From Sminthopsis crassicaudata (taxonomy: Eukaryota), in contig NC_133621.1 of the NCBI RefSeq assembly GCF_048593235.1, forward strand, positions 35,889,148 through 35,953,147: 64,000 nt of DNA, in the 5' to 3' direction. A program made the position numbers and the translations under genes. The notes below the pieces were generated by a model, which did no database searches, was not told the DNA's origin, and saw only the letters and a program-made list of their open reading frames with translations. Below, in pieces: positions 1 to 12,939 of this stretch; within the stretch, counting starts at the first letter, position 1; the number at the start of each line of letters is the position of its first letter.

Positions 1-790
1 CCTTTGTTACAGCTTCTAACCTCCTTTGTATGATCTTGGAACACAAGACGCCTTGTTAGAGGCTTTTCCAAAGAAATAATCAACATAGTGAGTACTTCTG
101 TACTCTACACCTTGTCAGTCACCTGTGTGACTGCAGAAATGGCACATGGAATACTCCCAGTGAACTTTTGCTTATTTTCTTGTAATATATGTATCAATGA
201 TGCCCTTGATGAATATGTAAATTATTCTCGTGAAAGTTTTGTACACATGAGAAAGTGGGCACTTGAGTGGATAGTTAGGGACATTCAGTCCCCTTTTTGA
301 ATTATAATAATGTTTGAGATTTTTCTCCCCAGCCTTGCTGTCTTTTTGTCTTTAGACTTTAAAAGTCTATCGATGCCTTCAGAATTGCCTCACCTCTGGA
401 GTAGACATCTGCATGTAAAAGATCTAATGCAACTCTTCCCCCGGCTTTGCTCTTTTACATTCTATTTCTTTTTCCTCTTCATTTGGGATTGAATGGTACA
501 GACCAAATAAAATGGCCCCACTCTCTTTGTAGGTGAAATGACCTTGGCATGCCTTTTTTTCAACCTCCTTTCCTATTTCCCTCCTGTTTATTTTCCTTCC
601 CATTCTATCCTTAAATGCACTCAGGATGAGTTTGCTTAGTTGGATCTCTTGCTGAGCCCTCTTTAGACTTGCTTTCCCTATCACCGTTTCTGTCTTTTTT
701 ATGAAATGATACCCCTCATAATCTTCCACTATCCTTCTCTAAAATGTTTTTACAAATGACTTTAAATTCTAAACTTGCACTGCTCTTAGC
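1..790 (-). mobile_element. Decayed RTE-clade LINE fragment (reverse transcriptase region)
   Basis: Minus-strand translation with stops and frameshifts gives NYPLKCPLSHVYKTFTRIIY and HISAVTQVTDK, matching RTE RT motifs (NYRPICLLSHxYKxFxRII; HIFxxTQLxExC). ORF 424..729 (AFKDRMGRKINRREIGK) resembles the RTE linker upstream of the RT. Boundaries are approximate. Confidence 0.7.
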
Positions 791-989
791 TGCTGTATTT
801 CTCTACTTGTCAAGAAGATCTATTACTTGTTGGCTGAGATGATGAGTGGGTTTCTCGGTTCTTTTAGTTTCCTTGTTCTAGCAGTTGATTTATAGGAGAT
901 AAATTTCCATATTCTATTAGTGGAATTAGTTTTATTAAGTATTATTTGTTGCATTAAGTAGCAAAATTAAGTATATACAAATTAAATGC

Positions 990-1700
990 AAAACAATTTA
1001 GGGAGGAAGGGCACCAATAGAAAGGCATCTCTTAGAAGGAGACGCTTGAAGAAAGCTAAGGTTTCTAAGAGATGAGCAAAGCAGGAGTGTTTTCTAGGCT
1101 TGTCACATAAAGGTACAGATTAAATATTTGGAAAATAGCAAATAGGTTCAAGTGACTATGATGTGGAATGTTCAGAAGGGGAGAGTTGTGCAGTAAACCT
1201 AGGCAGGATGGAACCAGGCTGTGAAGGCTTTAGGACTCAGGTTGGGTGATTTGTGTTTTATTCTAGAGGTCCATTTTTGTCCATGGGAAAGAAATGGTCA
1301 AACTCACATTTTTAGAGAAAAATATTTTGGTAACTGTGTGCATCCTGTGTTGAAGAAGGGAGAAACTGGAAGCTTGAAAACCAGGTCTGGTGGGGGTCCA
1401 AAGGGAAAGATCCTAAGAACCATTAGGTTCTTAGGGTTGGGGTCAGTGAGTTAATAGGGTGTTAAGAAGTAGGATGATGGATATAAGAGATGGGTGAGAC
1501 TTGGCCATGAATGTGGGCCTTGAGGGAAAAAGAATACTCAAAAATGACTGAGATTGGGAAGCTAGAAGATAAATGGTGATACCCCCTGAGGGGAAACAGG
1601 AAAGTTTGGAGTGATAATAGGCTTAGGGAAATATAAGCCCGGTTTTTAGATAGGTTGAATATGAATTGTCCCTGGAGAGTTGTACAAGGGAATTATATCG
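990..1700 (-). mobile_element. Ancient L2 LINE remnant
   Basis: Purine-rich degenerate sequence resembling antisense L2 3' region; recognised by eye, boundaries approximate. Confidence 0.45.
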
Positions 1701-4496
1701 AAGGCAAAGAAATGTGGATGTTCTGTTCAAGTGCCTCTTTCTGAGTTCTTAAAAATTTGGGGGCAACTTGCCTGAAGAAAAGGATCTCTTGATTATAGGA
1801 CATAAAAGGCCAAGAAATCCTACTGATTGATTGAAGGATGCTCATAAAATTCCTTGTTTCTAAGGAATAATACTGTGTACCTATGGGTATGTGGTGGGTG
1901 CCCCTACTTTTCACTTAGCCTTTTATGTGGATGCGGTGTGCTGGTTAACCCCAATATTTTGTTTAATAGAGGAATCCATATCCATTCACCATACATGGGT
2001 TGCTAAGATTCAGGAAATTTGGATGATATTTAGTCTTTGTGGGCTATTCATTCTCTCTACTAATGTAGCTCTCAACCTTTTCCACCTTCTCTATCAGGAT
2101 TCTTGTCTGTGTCATTAGAAAGACAATAAAATAATAACAATCATTTACAGCAGAGGAGTGCAGTTGTTTTATTGGACTAATTCTATTAGCTGTGTATATA
2201 AGATAATAGCTTCATTCTGCTGTGAGTTTTTTGCCTTTGTATTCAAGGAACTCCCCCCCTTCCCCCCACACACACATAGACAAGTATCCTGGGATGGGCA
2301 CAGTGTCCTGGAAGAGGGCTGTGTCCTGGCTGGGGCATCTCTCAGTCCCTAGCTCTGCCAGCTCTGCCTTCTCTTGCCCAGCCCCGCCTGGGGCTCTTGG
2401 GTCCAGCACTGGTACGTCTCTTCTTCCCTTTCCTGGGCTCTATCTCCATCTTCTCTTTACATTGTGATCTGCCCCTATGGCTATACCAGCTTCCTTTTCC
2501 TCTGGGGAAGTGTTATTGCTCACCAGATGGAGACCTCTCCAGGCCGATATGTTCTCGGCAAAATCCTTGCATTTCCAGCACTTTCTGGTTGAGCCCCAAA
2601 GGGTGTCCAAATGTCTTTTGAGACCTTGTTCAGGATCTTTATTTACCTCCTAGTGTGCCTTTTGCTAAGGTGCAGAACTCCTGTCATCTGCCCTGGTGTC
2701 CTGAAGTCACTTCCCACACTCTGCCACCAAGCCTCTGGGCCTTTTGGGCATCGGCTCTGAGGAGCCCTGGGCTTTGGCATCTGACATACACGGAGCTCTC
2801 AGCACTCCCACAGACCTCTCCAGCTTCTCCGAGGCTGACCTTGTCTCTTTGTGTGGTCTCCTTCGTGAAAATATAAACTCCCAGAGGGCAAGAACCATCT
2901 TTGCTTTTGTATCAGTAGCCCTGGTTCTTGGCAGGTAGTAAATACTTCAGTGTGCTTTTTTATTATTTCATTCATTCATATCCTTTCACTTTCTACACAG
3001 CAGCAGCTTTTAGAGGGAAGCATCAGAAATGTAGACTATTTTTTAACCATCTGTGTTTCTTCTTTTTCTACAGACTAGTCTAAGCACATTAGGAGAGGTT
3101 ATAAGTTTTACTTTTATTAGTTTCACTTTAAACAGTTTGAGAAAATGCCAAAAAAGGAACATTGGCTCATTCACAGACACTGTTCTTAAACAGCTCTGAT
3201 CAATTACATAAGAGCAGAGAATGATTTTTTTTTTATTTTTCCCTTAAAGGTCAGTGTAATGAACTCTCTGGAAGCTAACGTCACAGCCACTAGGATGAAA
3301 TGTGTAGACCATTTCAAAGATGTATAGTTATCCCTATACCTTTATGACGTTCATTGGCCAATTTTAAGAGCAAGATGAAGAGTTTGATTTACTTTTATAA
3401 AATTGAAAATGGACTTAAAAAATTCATTGGCCTAAAACATTAAACCAAGTTTGAAAATTGGTGACTTCATTAACACCCTTTAAATTATGGGGCAGTCAAC
3501 TCTAGAATATTCAGAAAATGATGATTTGGTTTGTAGATTATCCAGACTTTTTATTCTCTCCTCCCTTCTGCTTCATATTTTGACATCTTTGGTTGCTGTT
3601 TAGTATCCCTACCAGAGGGAAAACATGAAGAGGGGTATTAACTTTAGAATTTAACTAGTCAATTTTAATAGACCATTTGATCTCCAGAGGTGCTAAGAAT
3701 TAACGTATATTATTTGTACTAAATGCTTAACAGATGATTCTCAAATGAACAAGCACACGCACACACTTGTCTTGCTTTTTTCGCTACTTAAAAAAACTCA
3801 TTTTAAACTTGGAAGCCACAGTGGTCAATTGTACCTGGTGTCTGCTTCTCTCTCGAAAATAACCCTGCACTTGTTGTTTATCATTGTGTAGTAGTGATGA
3901 TCAGACCTGTTCATCTAGTCTTATTTGGCCCTCATTCTCCTACTGACTTGATTCCCAGATGGATTTCCTCACTCTTTATTTTTCTGTTAATCCTGGGCCC
4001 TTAGCCAGAAAGAGTCCTTCAAAAAAGAGCTGTGCTCTGATCATCACTACTACACAATGATAAACAGTAAGTGCAGAGTTCCAGATCCTCCCAAAGGAGT
4101 GATAATGAGCAAACTGTTCTTAGCCATACAGGTAAAATCATGAAAAACACATCTCCATATCAACCATAAAGCCAAAAAATTTAAATAAACAACTGAGAAA
4201 ACCACAATTCAATTTGTGCTCAGTTTACCAGTTCTTTTCCTGAGGATGAGCAGCACTCTCTCATCCAGAGACCTTTGGAACTGTCCAATGTCTTTTACAG
4301 CTAATCATTGTTGCAACATGGCTTCCATTGTGCATCGGGGTCTCCAGCTCATCTCACCACGCCAGTTCATACCTATCTTCCTATGATTTTGTGTTTTTTG
4401 TTTTTCTGAACCTCTGCTCCTGTTATTTCCTACTGCACAGTAATGCTCCACAATCATATGGCAAATATATAATTTTTCATGAAATATGTATATGAA

Positions 4497-4505
4497 TGTG
4501 TGTGT

Positions 4506-4536
<31 letters not shown>
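4497..4536. repeat. (TG)n microsatellite with one interruption
   Basis: Visible TG run; its duplicate at 6540-6591 is pure and 12 nt longer. Confidence 0.95.
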
Positions 4537-4974
4537 AAGGTCCCTTTCCTTTGTCTTTGCTCTCTTTGGAGTATTGACCCTAGTGCACTGTGGGGTTAAT
4601 AGGTATGCATGGTTTTGTACCCTTTTGGACATCTTTCCAGATTGTTCTGCAGAATGGCAGGATCAAATCATAACTCCAGTAACAATTTTTTAGTATAACT
4701 ATTTTCCTTTACCTCCTCCAGCATTTGCCATTTCTCATAGGTGAACGGTGGTACCTTAGAGTTGTTTTAATTTATGTTTTTCTAATCAATAGTGACCTAG
4801 GGAATTTTTTTCCATATGACTAAGGAAAGATCTGATTTATTCTTCTGAAAACTGCCATTTATTTATCTGTTGGATAATGGCTCTTATTTTTATAAATTTG
4901 ATTCAGTTTCCTATGTATTTGAGAATTAAGGCCTTTATCAGAGAAACTTGCTGTAAAACTTTTGATATTACTTG

Positions 4975-5008
<34 letters not shown>

Positions 5009-6538
5009 CAAATTGAAGTTTCTCTGCTTATTCCATTTAATCAGATCATTTTTTCCTTTGGCTTTGTTTAAGATCATATTTGCTACAGCTACAGTTTTTT
5101 AACTTCACCTGAAGCATATCAGTCTCTGCTCCAGCTCCAGCAACTATGTTTCTTGCAGACAATTGTTAGATTCTGTTTCTAATTAATTTTCCAATCTGCT
5201 TCTGGTTTATGGGTGGACTCATCCTGTTCACATTCACAATTATGATTATTTCTATTTTCTTCTATTTTATTTTCTTTTGTTTATCCTTCTCTCTCCTCTT
5301 ATCTTGTCCCTGCTCAAAATTTCCCCATTCTACCTCTCACTTCTTTCTCCTCCCACTGTATCCTCTTTCTTACCTTTTCATTTTATGGGGGGAGTGTGAA
5401 AGGTCATCTCAACATAATCCACTCACACCCATGCACTCTCGTCTATGTAGATTCTAACAGCCCCAATTTTATCATTAATGATAAAGTTCTTAAGAGTTAC
5501 ACAAATCATCTTTCCAAATTAGGAATATAAGCAGTCTAACTTTACTGAAGTCTGTTACAATTGCTCTTTTTATGCTTCTCTTGATTTTTGTGTTTTAATG
5601 TCAGATTTTCTATTCAACTTTGGTTTGTTTTTGTTTTTTTAATCAGGAATTTTTAAAGTTCTGTATTTCGTGAAATATGAATTTTTCCCCCGGGGGAGGA
5701 TTATTTTGTTTTTCTGGGTACATTATTCCTGGTTGTAATTCTAATTCTTTTGCCCTCTGGAACAGATGATTCTCAAATGAACAGGCACATGCACACACTT
5801 GTCTTGCTTTTTTAGCTACCAAAATAATATATTTTTTTTTAAACTTGGAAGCCACAGTGGTCAATTGTACCCAGTGTCTGCTTCTCTCTCTAAAATAACT
5901 CTGCACTTATTGTTTATCATTGTGTAGTAGTGATGATGAGAACTGTATAACTATTCTTATTTGGCCCTCATTCTCCTACTGACTTGATTCCCAGATGGAT
6001 TTCCTCACTCTGTATCTTTTGCTTTAATCCTGAGCCCCTAGCCAGAAAGAGCACTTCTCTGTGTTCTGAGCATCACTACTACACAATAATAAACAATAAA
6101 CGCAGAGTTCCAAATTCTTTTGCTCCTGTCCTCTCAAAGGAGTGATAATGAGCAAACTGTTCTTAGCCATACAGGTAAAATCATGAAAAACACATCTCCA
6201 TATCAACCATAAAGCCAAAAAATTTAAATAAACAACTGAGAAAACCACAATTCAATTTGTGCTCAGTTTACCAGTTCTTTTCCTGAGGATGAGCAGCACT
6301 CTCTCATCCAGAGACCTTTGGAACTGTCCAATGTCTTTTACAGCTAATCATTGTTGCAACATGGCTTCCATTGTGCATCGGGGTCTCCAGCTCATCTCAC
6401 CACGCCAGTTCATACCTATCTTCCTATGATTTTGTGTTTTTTGTTTTTCTGAACCTCTGCTCCTGTTATTTCCTACTGCACAGTAATGCTCCACAATCAT
6501 ATGGCAAATATATAATTTTTCATGAAATATGTATATGA

Positions 6539-6539
<1 letters not shown>

Positions 6540-6591
<52 letters not shown>
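6540..6591. repeat. (TG)n microsatellite
   Basis: Visible uninterrupted TG run. Confidence 0.95.
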
Positions 6592-6593
<2 letters not shown>

Positions 6594-7029
6594 GGTCCCT
6601 TTCCTTTGTCTTTGCTCTCTTTGGAGTATTGACCCTAGTGCACTGTGGGGTTAATAGGTATGCATGGTTTTGTACCCTTTTGGACATCTTTCCAGATTGT
6701 TCTGCAGAATGGCAGGATCAAATCATAACTCCAGTAACAATTTTTTAGTATAACTATTTTCCTTTACCTCCTCCAGCATTTGCCATTTCTCATAGGTGAA
6801 CGGTGGTACCTTAGAGTTGTTTTAATTTATGTTTTTCTAATCAATAGTGACCTAGGGAATTTTTTTCCATATGACTAAGGAAAGATCTGATTTATTCTTC
6901 TGAAAACTGCCATTTATTTATCTGTTGGATAATGGCTCTTATTTTTATAAATTTGATTCAGTTTCCTATGTATTTGAGAATTAAGGCCTTTATCAGAGAA
7001 ACTTGCTGTAAAACTTTTGATATTACTTG

Positions 7030-7063
<34 letters not shown>

Positions 7064-8685
7064 CAAATTGAAGTTTCTCTGCTTATTCCATTTAATCAGA
7101 TCATTTTTTCCTTTGGCTTTGTTTAAGATCATATTTGCTACAGCTACAGTTTTTTAACTTCACCTGAAGCATATCAGTCTCTGCTCCAGCTCCAGCAACT
7201 ATGTTTCTTGCAGACAATTGTTAGATTCTGTTTCTAATTAATTTTCCAATCTGCTTCTGGTTTATGGGTGGACTCATCCTGTTCACATTCACAATTATGA
7301 TTATTTCTATTTTCTTCTATTTTATTTTCTTTTGTTTATCCTTCTCTCTCCTCTTATCTTGTCCCTGCTCAAAATTTCCCCATTCTACCTCTCACTTCTT
7401 TCTCCTCCCACTGTATCCTCTTTCTTACCTTTTCATTTTATGGGGGGAGTGTGAAAGGTCATCTCAACATAATCCACTCACACCCATGCACTCTCGTCTA
7501 TGTAGATTCTAACAGCCCCAATTTTATCATTAATGATAAAGTTCTTAAGAGTTACACAAATCATCTTTCCAAATTAGGAATATAAGCAGTCTAACTTTAC
7601 TGAAGTCTGTTACAATTGCTCTTTTTATGCTTCTCTTGATTTTTGTGTTTTAATGTCAGATTTTCTATTCAACTTTGGTTTGTTTTTGTTTTTTTAATCA
7701 GGAATTTTTAAAGTTCTGTATTTCGTGAAATATGAATTTTTCCCCCGGGGGAGGATTATTTTGTTTTTCTGGGTACATTATTCCTGGTTGTAATTCTAAT
7801 TCTTTTGCCCTCTGGAACAGATGATTCTCAAATGAACAGGCACATGCACACACTTGTCTTGCTTTTTTAGCTACCAAAATAATATATTTTTTTTTAAACT
7901 TGGAAGCCACAGTGGTCAATTGTACCCAGTGTCTGCTTCTCTCTCTAAAATAACTCTGCACTTATTGTTTATCATTGTGTAGTAGTGATGATGAGAACTG
8001 TATAACTATTCTTATTTGGCCCTCATTCTCCTACTGACTTGATTCCCAGATGGATTTCCTCACTCTGTATCTTTTGCTTTAATCCTGAGCCCCTAGCCAG
8101 AAAGAGCACTTCTCTGTGTTCTGAGCATCACTACTACACAATAATAAACAATAAACGCAGAGTTCCAAATTCTTTTGCTCCTGTCCTCTCAAAGGAGTGA
8201 TAATAAGCAAACTGTTATCGGCCATACATGTAAAATCATGAAAAACACATCTCCATATCAACCATAAAGCCAAAAAAAATTTAAATAAACAAACTGAGAA
8301 AACCACAATTCAATTAGTGTTCAGTTCACCAGTTCTTTTTCTGAGGATGGGCAGCATTCTTATTTTAAGTTCTCTAATCCTTTAATGTAGAAGCTACTAA
8401 ATCTTGTGTGATATATCCTTCATGTGACTCTGCAATATTTGAATTGTTTCTTCCCGGCTACTTACAATATTTTCTCTTTGCCCGGGAACTTCGGAATTTG
8501 GCTATAATATTTCTGAAAGTTTCATTTTGCAATCTCTTGAAGGAGGAAATTGGAATAGTATTTCAGATTCCATTTTGTTCTCTGAATCTAAGATATTGGG
8601 GGCATTTTTCCTTTATAATATCATGGAATCTGATTCCTAGATTCTTTTTTTTTGATCATTGTTTTCTGGTAGTCTAATAATTCTT

Positions 8686-8835
8686 TTTTTTTTTTTTTTC
8701 CCCCTGAGGCTGGGGTTAAGTGACTTGCCCAGGGTCACACAGCCAGGAAATTTTAAGTGTCTGAGATCAGATTTGAACTCAGGTCCTCCTAAATTCAAGG
8801 CTGGTGCTCTATCCACCGCGCCACCTAGCTGCCCC
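8686..8835 (-). mobile_element. tRNA-derived SINE (WSINE1-like) inserted into L1 ORF1
   Basis: Minus strand reads GGGGCAGCTAGGTGGCGCGGTGGATAGAGCACC...GAGTTCAAATC...poly(A). TSD AGTC(T/C)AATAATTCTT at 8671-8685 and 8836-8850. Confidence 0.9.
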
Positions 8836-11800
8836 AGTCCAATAATTCTTAAATTATCTCTCCTCAATCTATTTTCCATGCCACTTGTTTTTGCAAATTC
8901 TTCTATTTTTTCACGCTTTTGACTTTCTTTTATGATGTCTTGTGGAGTCATTGGCTTCCACTTCTCCAATTCTAAGTTAATTGGAGAATTCTAAGTTTTC
9001 TGGGCAATAGTTGCCAATCAGTACCAGCTGCTCCTAGATCCAGCAGAGTCTCTTGTAGTCCCTTTGTGACCAGCTGTCCCAGATGCTCTCTGGCCTGAGA
9101 GCTCCTGCATTGCCTCCACGGCCTACTGCTGGGGCCACCCCCAACCCAGGGTCACAGGCTCTCTGGCTGACCTCCATAGGTGACTTATCCTTGGAAAATA
9201 CCTCCCTCTGATCTTTTGTTGGCTCTGCTGCTCTGAAATTTGATTTGTTATTTGAAAGTTGTTCAGTGGGAGAGTTCAGATGGACTCCTGTCTGTACTCC
9301 CCATCTTGGCTTGGCCCCCATTTCACTTCTCCAAATTGATTATTTCTTTGACTCTGAGCCTAATACTTAGAAGTGACTGATTGATTCAATAGAGTTTTTT
9401 TTTCACCTTGTTAAGATGTGTTCAAGTGATTGATGGTCTCCATCAAATGTAACAGCTGTAATGGATTAAAAAATTATCTATGTTAAACTCTACTAGAATA
9501 GTGAAGGCAAGGGTTATGTCTTATCTAAATCTTACTTCTCCTAGCACATTTTTAAAGACCAAGAAAAGACTTAAAAGGAAGAAAAACATGCAGACTTTTC
9601 TGTATTGTCCGGGCTAGCTCCTTGGGGGGCCTCGGGGTCAGCCAGAATCAGGATAAATTAAAGTCCTTGGTCTTTAGGGGAAGAAGTGATGGAAGCAGGC
9701 AAGCAGCATCCTGGATTCTGGAGTCGGGGGAGTCCCCAGCCTCTCTCCTCCTTGTCCTGCCACCAAGTGCTTCTCACCTCTCTCCTCCCTTGCCCTCTCA
9801 TCTTAACACCAAATATTCAGCAGTGTTTGGGAGAGCCATTATCCAAATATATGCCAATAGAGTAATTAGCCTTAAGTGCTCATTGTCTGATTCAAGCAAA
9901 CCTTTTTGAAGTTTCAGCCCTCTACACTTTTCTGTGCCTAGAAAAGGTCTCTGGCAAAAAAGAAGATGCAGAGGTCTGAAGTTGGGTGGGGTTAGGGTTT
10001 CAGCCACAGCCCACTTAGGCCTGGTTTGCACCAGCCAACTCCCTGGCAGGGTCTGTCTCCTTCTGTGGTGGGTGCCCCTTGGGTTCCAACTCCATGATCT
10101 TCTCATCCCAGCAAGAGTGAGCTTCCTCTTGGAATCTCTCTCCCAGATTCCTGGTCCTCAGAGGGCAGCTCCTGCTTTTGCTCTCAGAGTTTTAGAGACT
10201 TGGGAGACCTAGACTTGGAAGGTCTCCCTCTCATTCTTCAACCTGTTTAATCACTTCTTTCATTTACTAATTTACACCCAAGAAAGGTGAATTTTTACAG
10301 TTAGCCTAACAGCTGTGGTTCCAGCCATTTGTGTGTGTGTGTGTGTGTGTGTGAGTAGGGTCGTTAAAGACCAACTCACATTTTAATGCATAATGCACTT
10401 TGAGGAGATGCTGCCTGTGAAGGAGAAGGGGGTGAATTGCCATTTGATTATAAGTGTGTGGGACATTCGTCTAACTTTGGTAATTACGGTGGGGTTCTTG
10501 TTTGAAGATATCTCCCCAACTGCTTCTGAGTTTGTGGAGGAAGTTTCTGTGGGACTTAAGAGTGACCTATGCTACAAATTTGGAAGAGAGTGGGGTGGGA
10601 CTGTATAAGCTGAGGAAATAGCTGTTAATCAGGGAATGTGCTTGGGTACAGGTTTATTTCAGGTCTTGAAGCATGGATTCCTGGAGCTGGATGGAGGATG
10701 ATCCTGGAGCAGCCAGTCATGAACTCTGAGACTGAGCGTGCACTAGGTCCCTAGGGCTGCTTCTCCCTGAGTGATCTGAGAAATTGTTAAATGCATACCT
10801 TAAAAAAAGAATGTCATCATCATCATTACAGTCAAGACCTCACTTATTTCCAGAAATGTTTTGACAAAAACACGTGAAATTGGAAGAAAAAAGAATGTTA
10901 TTGCTGGAAGGAGGGAAAGAAGAAAACAAGGAAACATTTATTAAGTGCCTACTGTGAGGCAGGCTATGTGCTGATAAGCTCTTCATAAATAACGTTGAAA
11001 AACATAGAATTCTAGAACTGGAAGGGTCCCTTATGGATTGCTATAGATTTCTAGATGATGACTCGTTATACCAAGTTTCAAGGAGGTCAAGTGATTTGCC
11101 TACAGTCCCAAAGTCATAGATCTACCATTGGAAAGATATTTTGGATATCCTTTAATCCAACTTTCCCCCTTCCCATATGCATGAATTGAAGCCCAGAGCA
11201 TTTTGGATGCATTTCCAAGTGAGTTATTAACAGTGGTGGGGTCCTCTGACTCTTAAGTCCAAGACTTTTTGCCCTCTGACACCCAGAGACAGTTGGTGGG
11301 AGAGCCACCTGAAGTCCCAGTGAATATTTAATGATCAGCTTTGGCCCTTTTGGAACTGGCTCCAGCATACCCCTGTGGTCATTTCTAATTATGGTCAGGA
11401 GGGATGGCTTGGGGCAGACTGGGGAGGGCACTTTTGGATGCACATGTATAAAGCAAATGGATGAACACAGACTCAGAAAAATGTTAGCTTAAGAAATTTG
11501 AACTCAAACTGGTGGGTAATGGGTCAGTTTATTTTAAAAGGCTGATTGAAAGCATTGCAAAGTTTAGTGGTTTAACTCTAATTGCAAATTGTTTTCTTTT
11601 TAGGTCTTCATTCTGGCTTAGTTCTGACAGTAGTGTTTAATTTCTCATCCATATCTTTATTTTTCCCTTTCAGTCCACGCCTTTACAAGTCTGAAAGTTT
11701 TCTCAAGTAAACTCTAGCCATAAATAGACCACATTTTATTCGAAAGTCCTATTTTATAAGATTTTGTTGGATTTCCTAGGAAAGTTGAACAAATGGTTTC

Positions 11801-11899
11801 CAGATTGGTTTTTCAAAGAAGCTATAATTCACTGTTTATCATTTTTAATAGATTTTTTGGTCAGACATAAATTTGTGACTGTGAGGAGTCTTTGTAGGA

Positions 11900-12370
11900 G
11901 ACTGTGAGGAAAGATGCTATCTGTATACTCATAGAAAGGAAAGAGATTCAAGATACAGAATGAGATCTATATTTTTTGGGGCATGGATAATGTGGGAATT
12001 TGTTTTTGCTCGAATATGCATATTTGCTATAAGAATTTTCCATTTTTAAAATCTTTTTCCAAAGGGGGAAAAGGTAGGAGAGAGTGAAAAAAATTTGTTT
12101 TGTGAATTAGAAAAAATAAATTAAAAAGAGAATTTTGCTTTTTATTCTGAACTTAAAACATATAATAAAACGAATATTTCCATAGCAGAATAGGAAAAGA
12201 ATGTATCCTAAATTGTAAATCTTTGCTTTTCTTTTAAAATATACAATAAATTCTATATGTAATGTTCAAAGCTGTTCTGCTTATATAATTCTCTCTGGCC
12301 TTCCTTCTGTTCTTTTTTGCACACTTAAAAATGCTCCAATAATTATCTTTTATTTCTTTTTTTTCTACTT
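11900..12370 (+). mobile_element. Old L1 3'UTR remnant
   Basis: Resembles marsupial L1 3' end with an A-rich tail; boundaries approximate. Confidence 0.45.
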
Positions 12371-12939
12371 ATCACTTTTTACCATAATTTCAATTAAAAA
12401 TTCAGTTCAATAAATATTTAAAGCCTATTATGTTTAGAGTACTGTGTTAGGCACTGAAAGAGATATGCAATTAGTAATTTTTCATGAATAATTCTCAGAT
12501 TTTTTTCATTAATAATTCTCAATCTTTTAATAACAAGTAAACATATCAATCTCTAATTATCAGATAAAGAAATTTGCTTCAGTATTTAACTTTGGTGCCA
12601 TGGAAATCTGTTATTATACTATCTACATAAATATATAGTTATATTCCCATTACCAAATAACATCATTACATTTAATCTTTATAACAAAACTGTATCTATG
12701 TATCTTAGCACAGACTTTTCCCCTCAAGATCACTTTTTGCTTGAGAAATTTTAATGTGACTCTGTCTTGAATCTGAGCTGATGTGTTTCTGGCAGCGTTT
12801 GTGCACGCACAGGACAAAGTGTGCATGATCTCTCTGTGCTCAGAACCAAGACTGCAGGGAAGTCCCATGATGTGATATGCTGCCTGAAACACCTCAGATT
12901 CATCACACATTTGATTTCAAGCTAATTTTTGGTCATTGT

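Larger units (their letters stand above)
3729..8360 (+). repeat. Three copies of a ~540-bp segment (3729-4259, 5761-6302, 7816-8360) bounding a ~2.05-kb tandem duplication (4092-6134 / 6135-8189)
   Basis: Direct comparison: each copy starts AACAGATGATTCTCAAATGAACA. ORF-track translations repeat at a 2055-nt offset (4859/6914, 5209/7264, 5643/7698). Confidence 0.95.
4540..9320 (-). mobile_element. Old, internally deleted L1 (5'UTR, ORF1 and ORF2 fragments), interrupted by insertions and partly duplicated
   Basis: 5' end GGGGGCCAAGCCAAGATGGGGAGTA near 9320 (-). ORF1 motif NRLRRDNLRIIGL...RLPENNDQKK in ORF 8637..8969. ORF2 C-terminal remnant (SFSDKGLNSQIHRKLNQIYKNKSHYPTDK) in ORFs 4859..5077 and 6914..7132. 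Confidence 0.8.

Noticed and set aside
3275-3435. Cluster of CRE half-sites, CCAAT boxes and TATAAAA
   Set aside because: Short motifs with no associated transcript evidence.
3894-4046. Canonical box C/D snoRNA (GTGATGA...CTGA)
   Set aside because: The flanking inverted repeat pairs through the C box rather than leaving a K-turn, I found no rRNA or snRNA complementarity, and no host intron is evident. Kept only as an unexplained inverted repeat.
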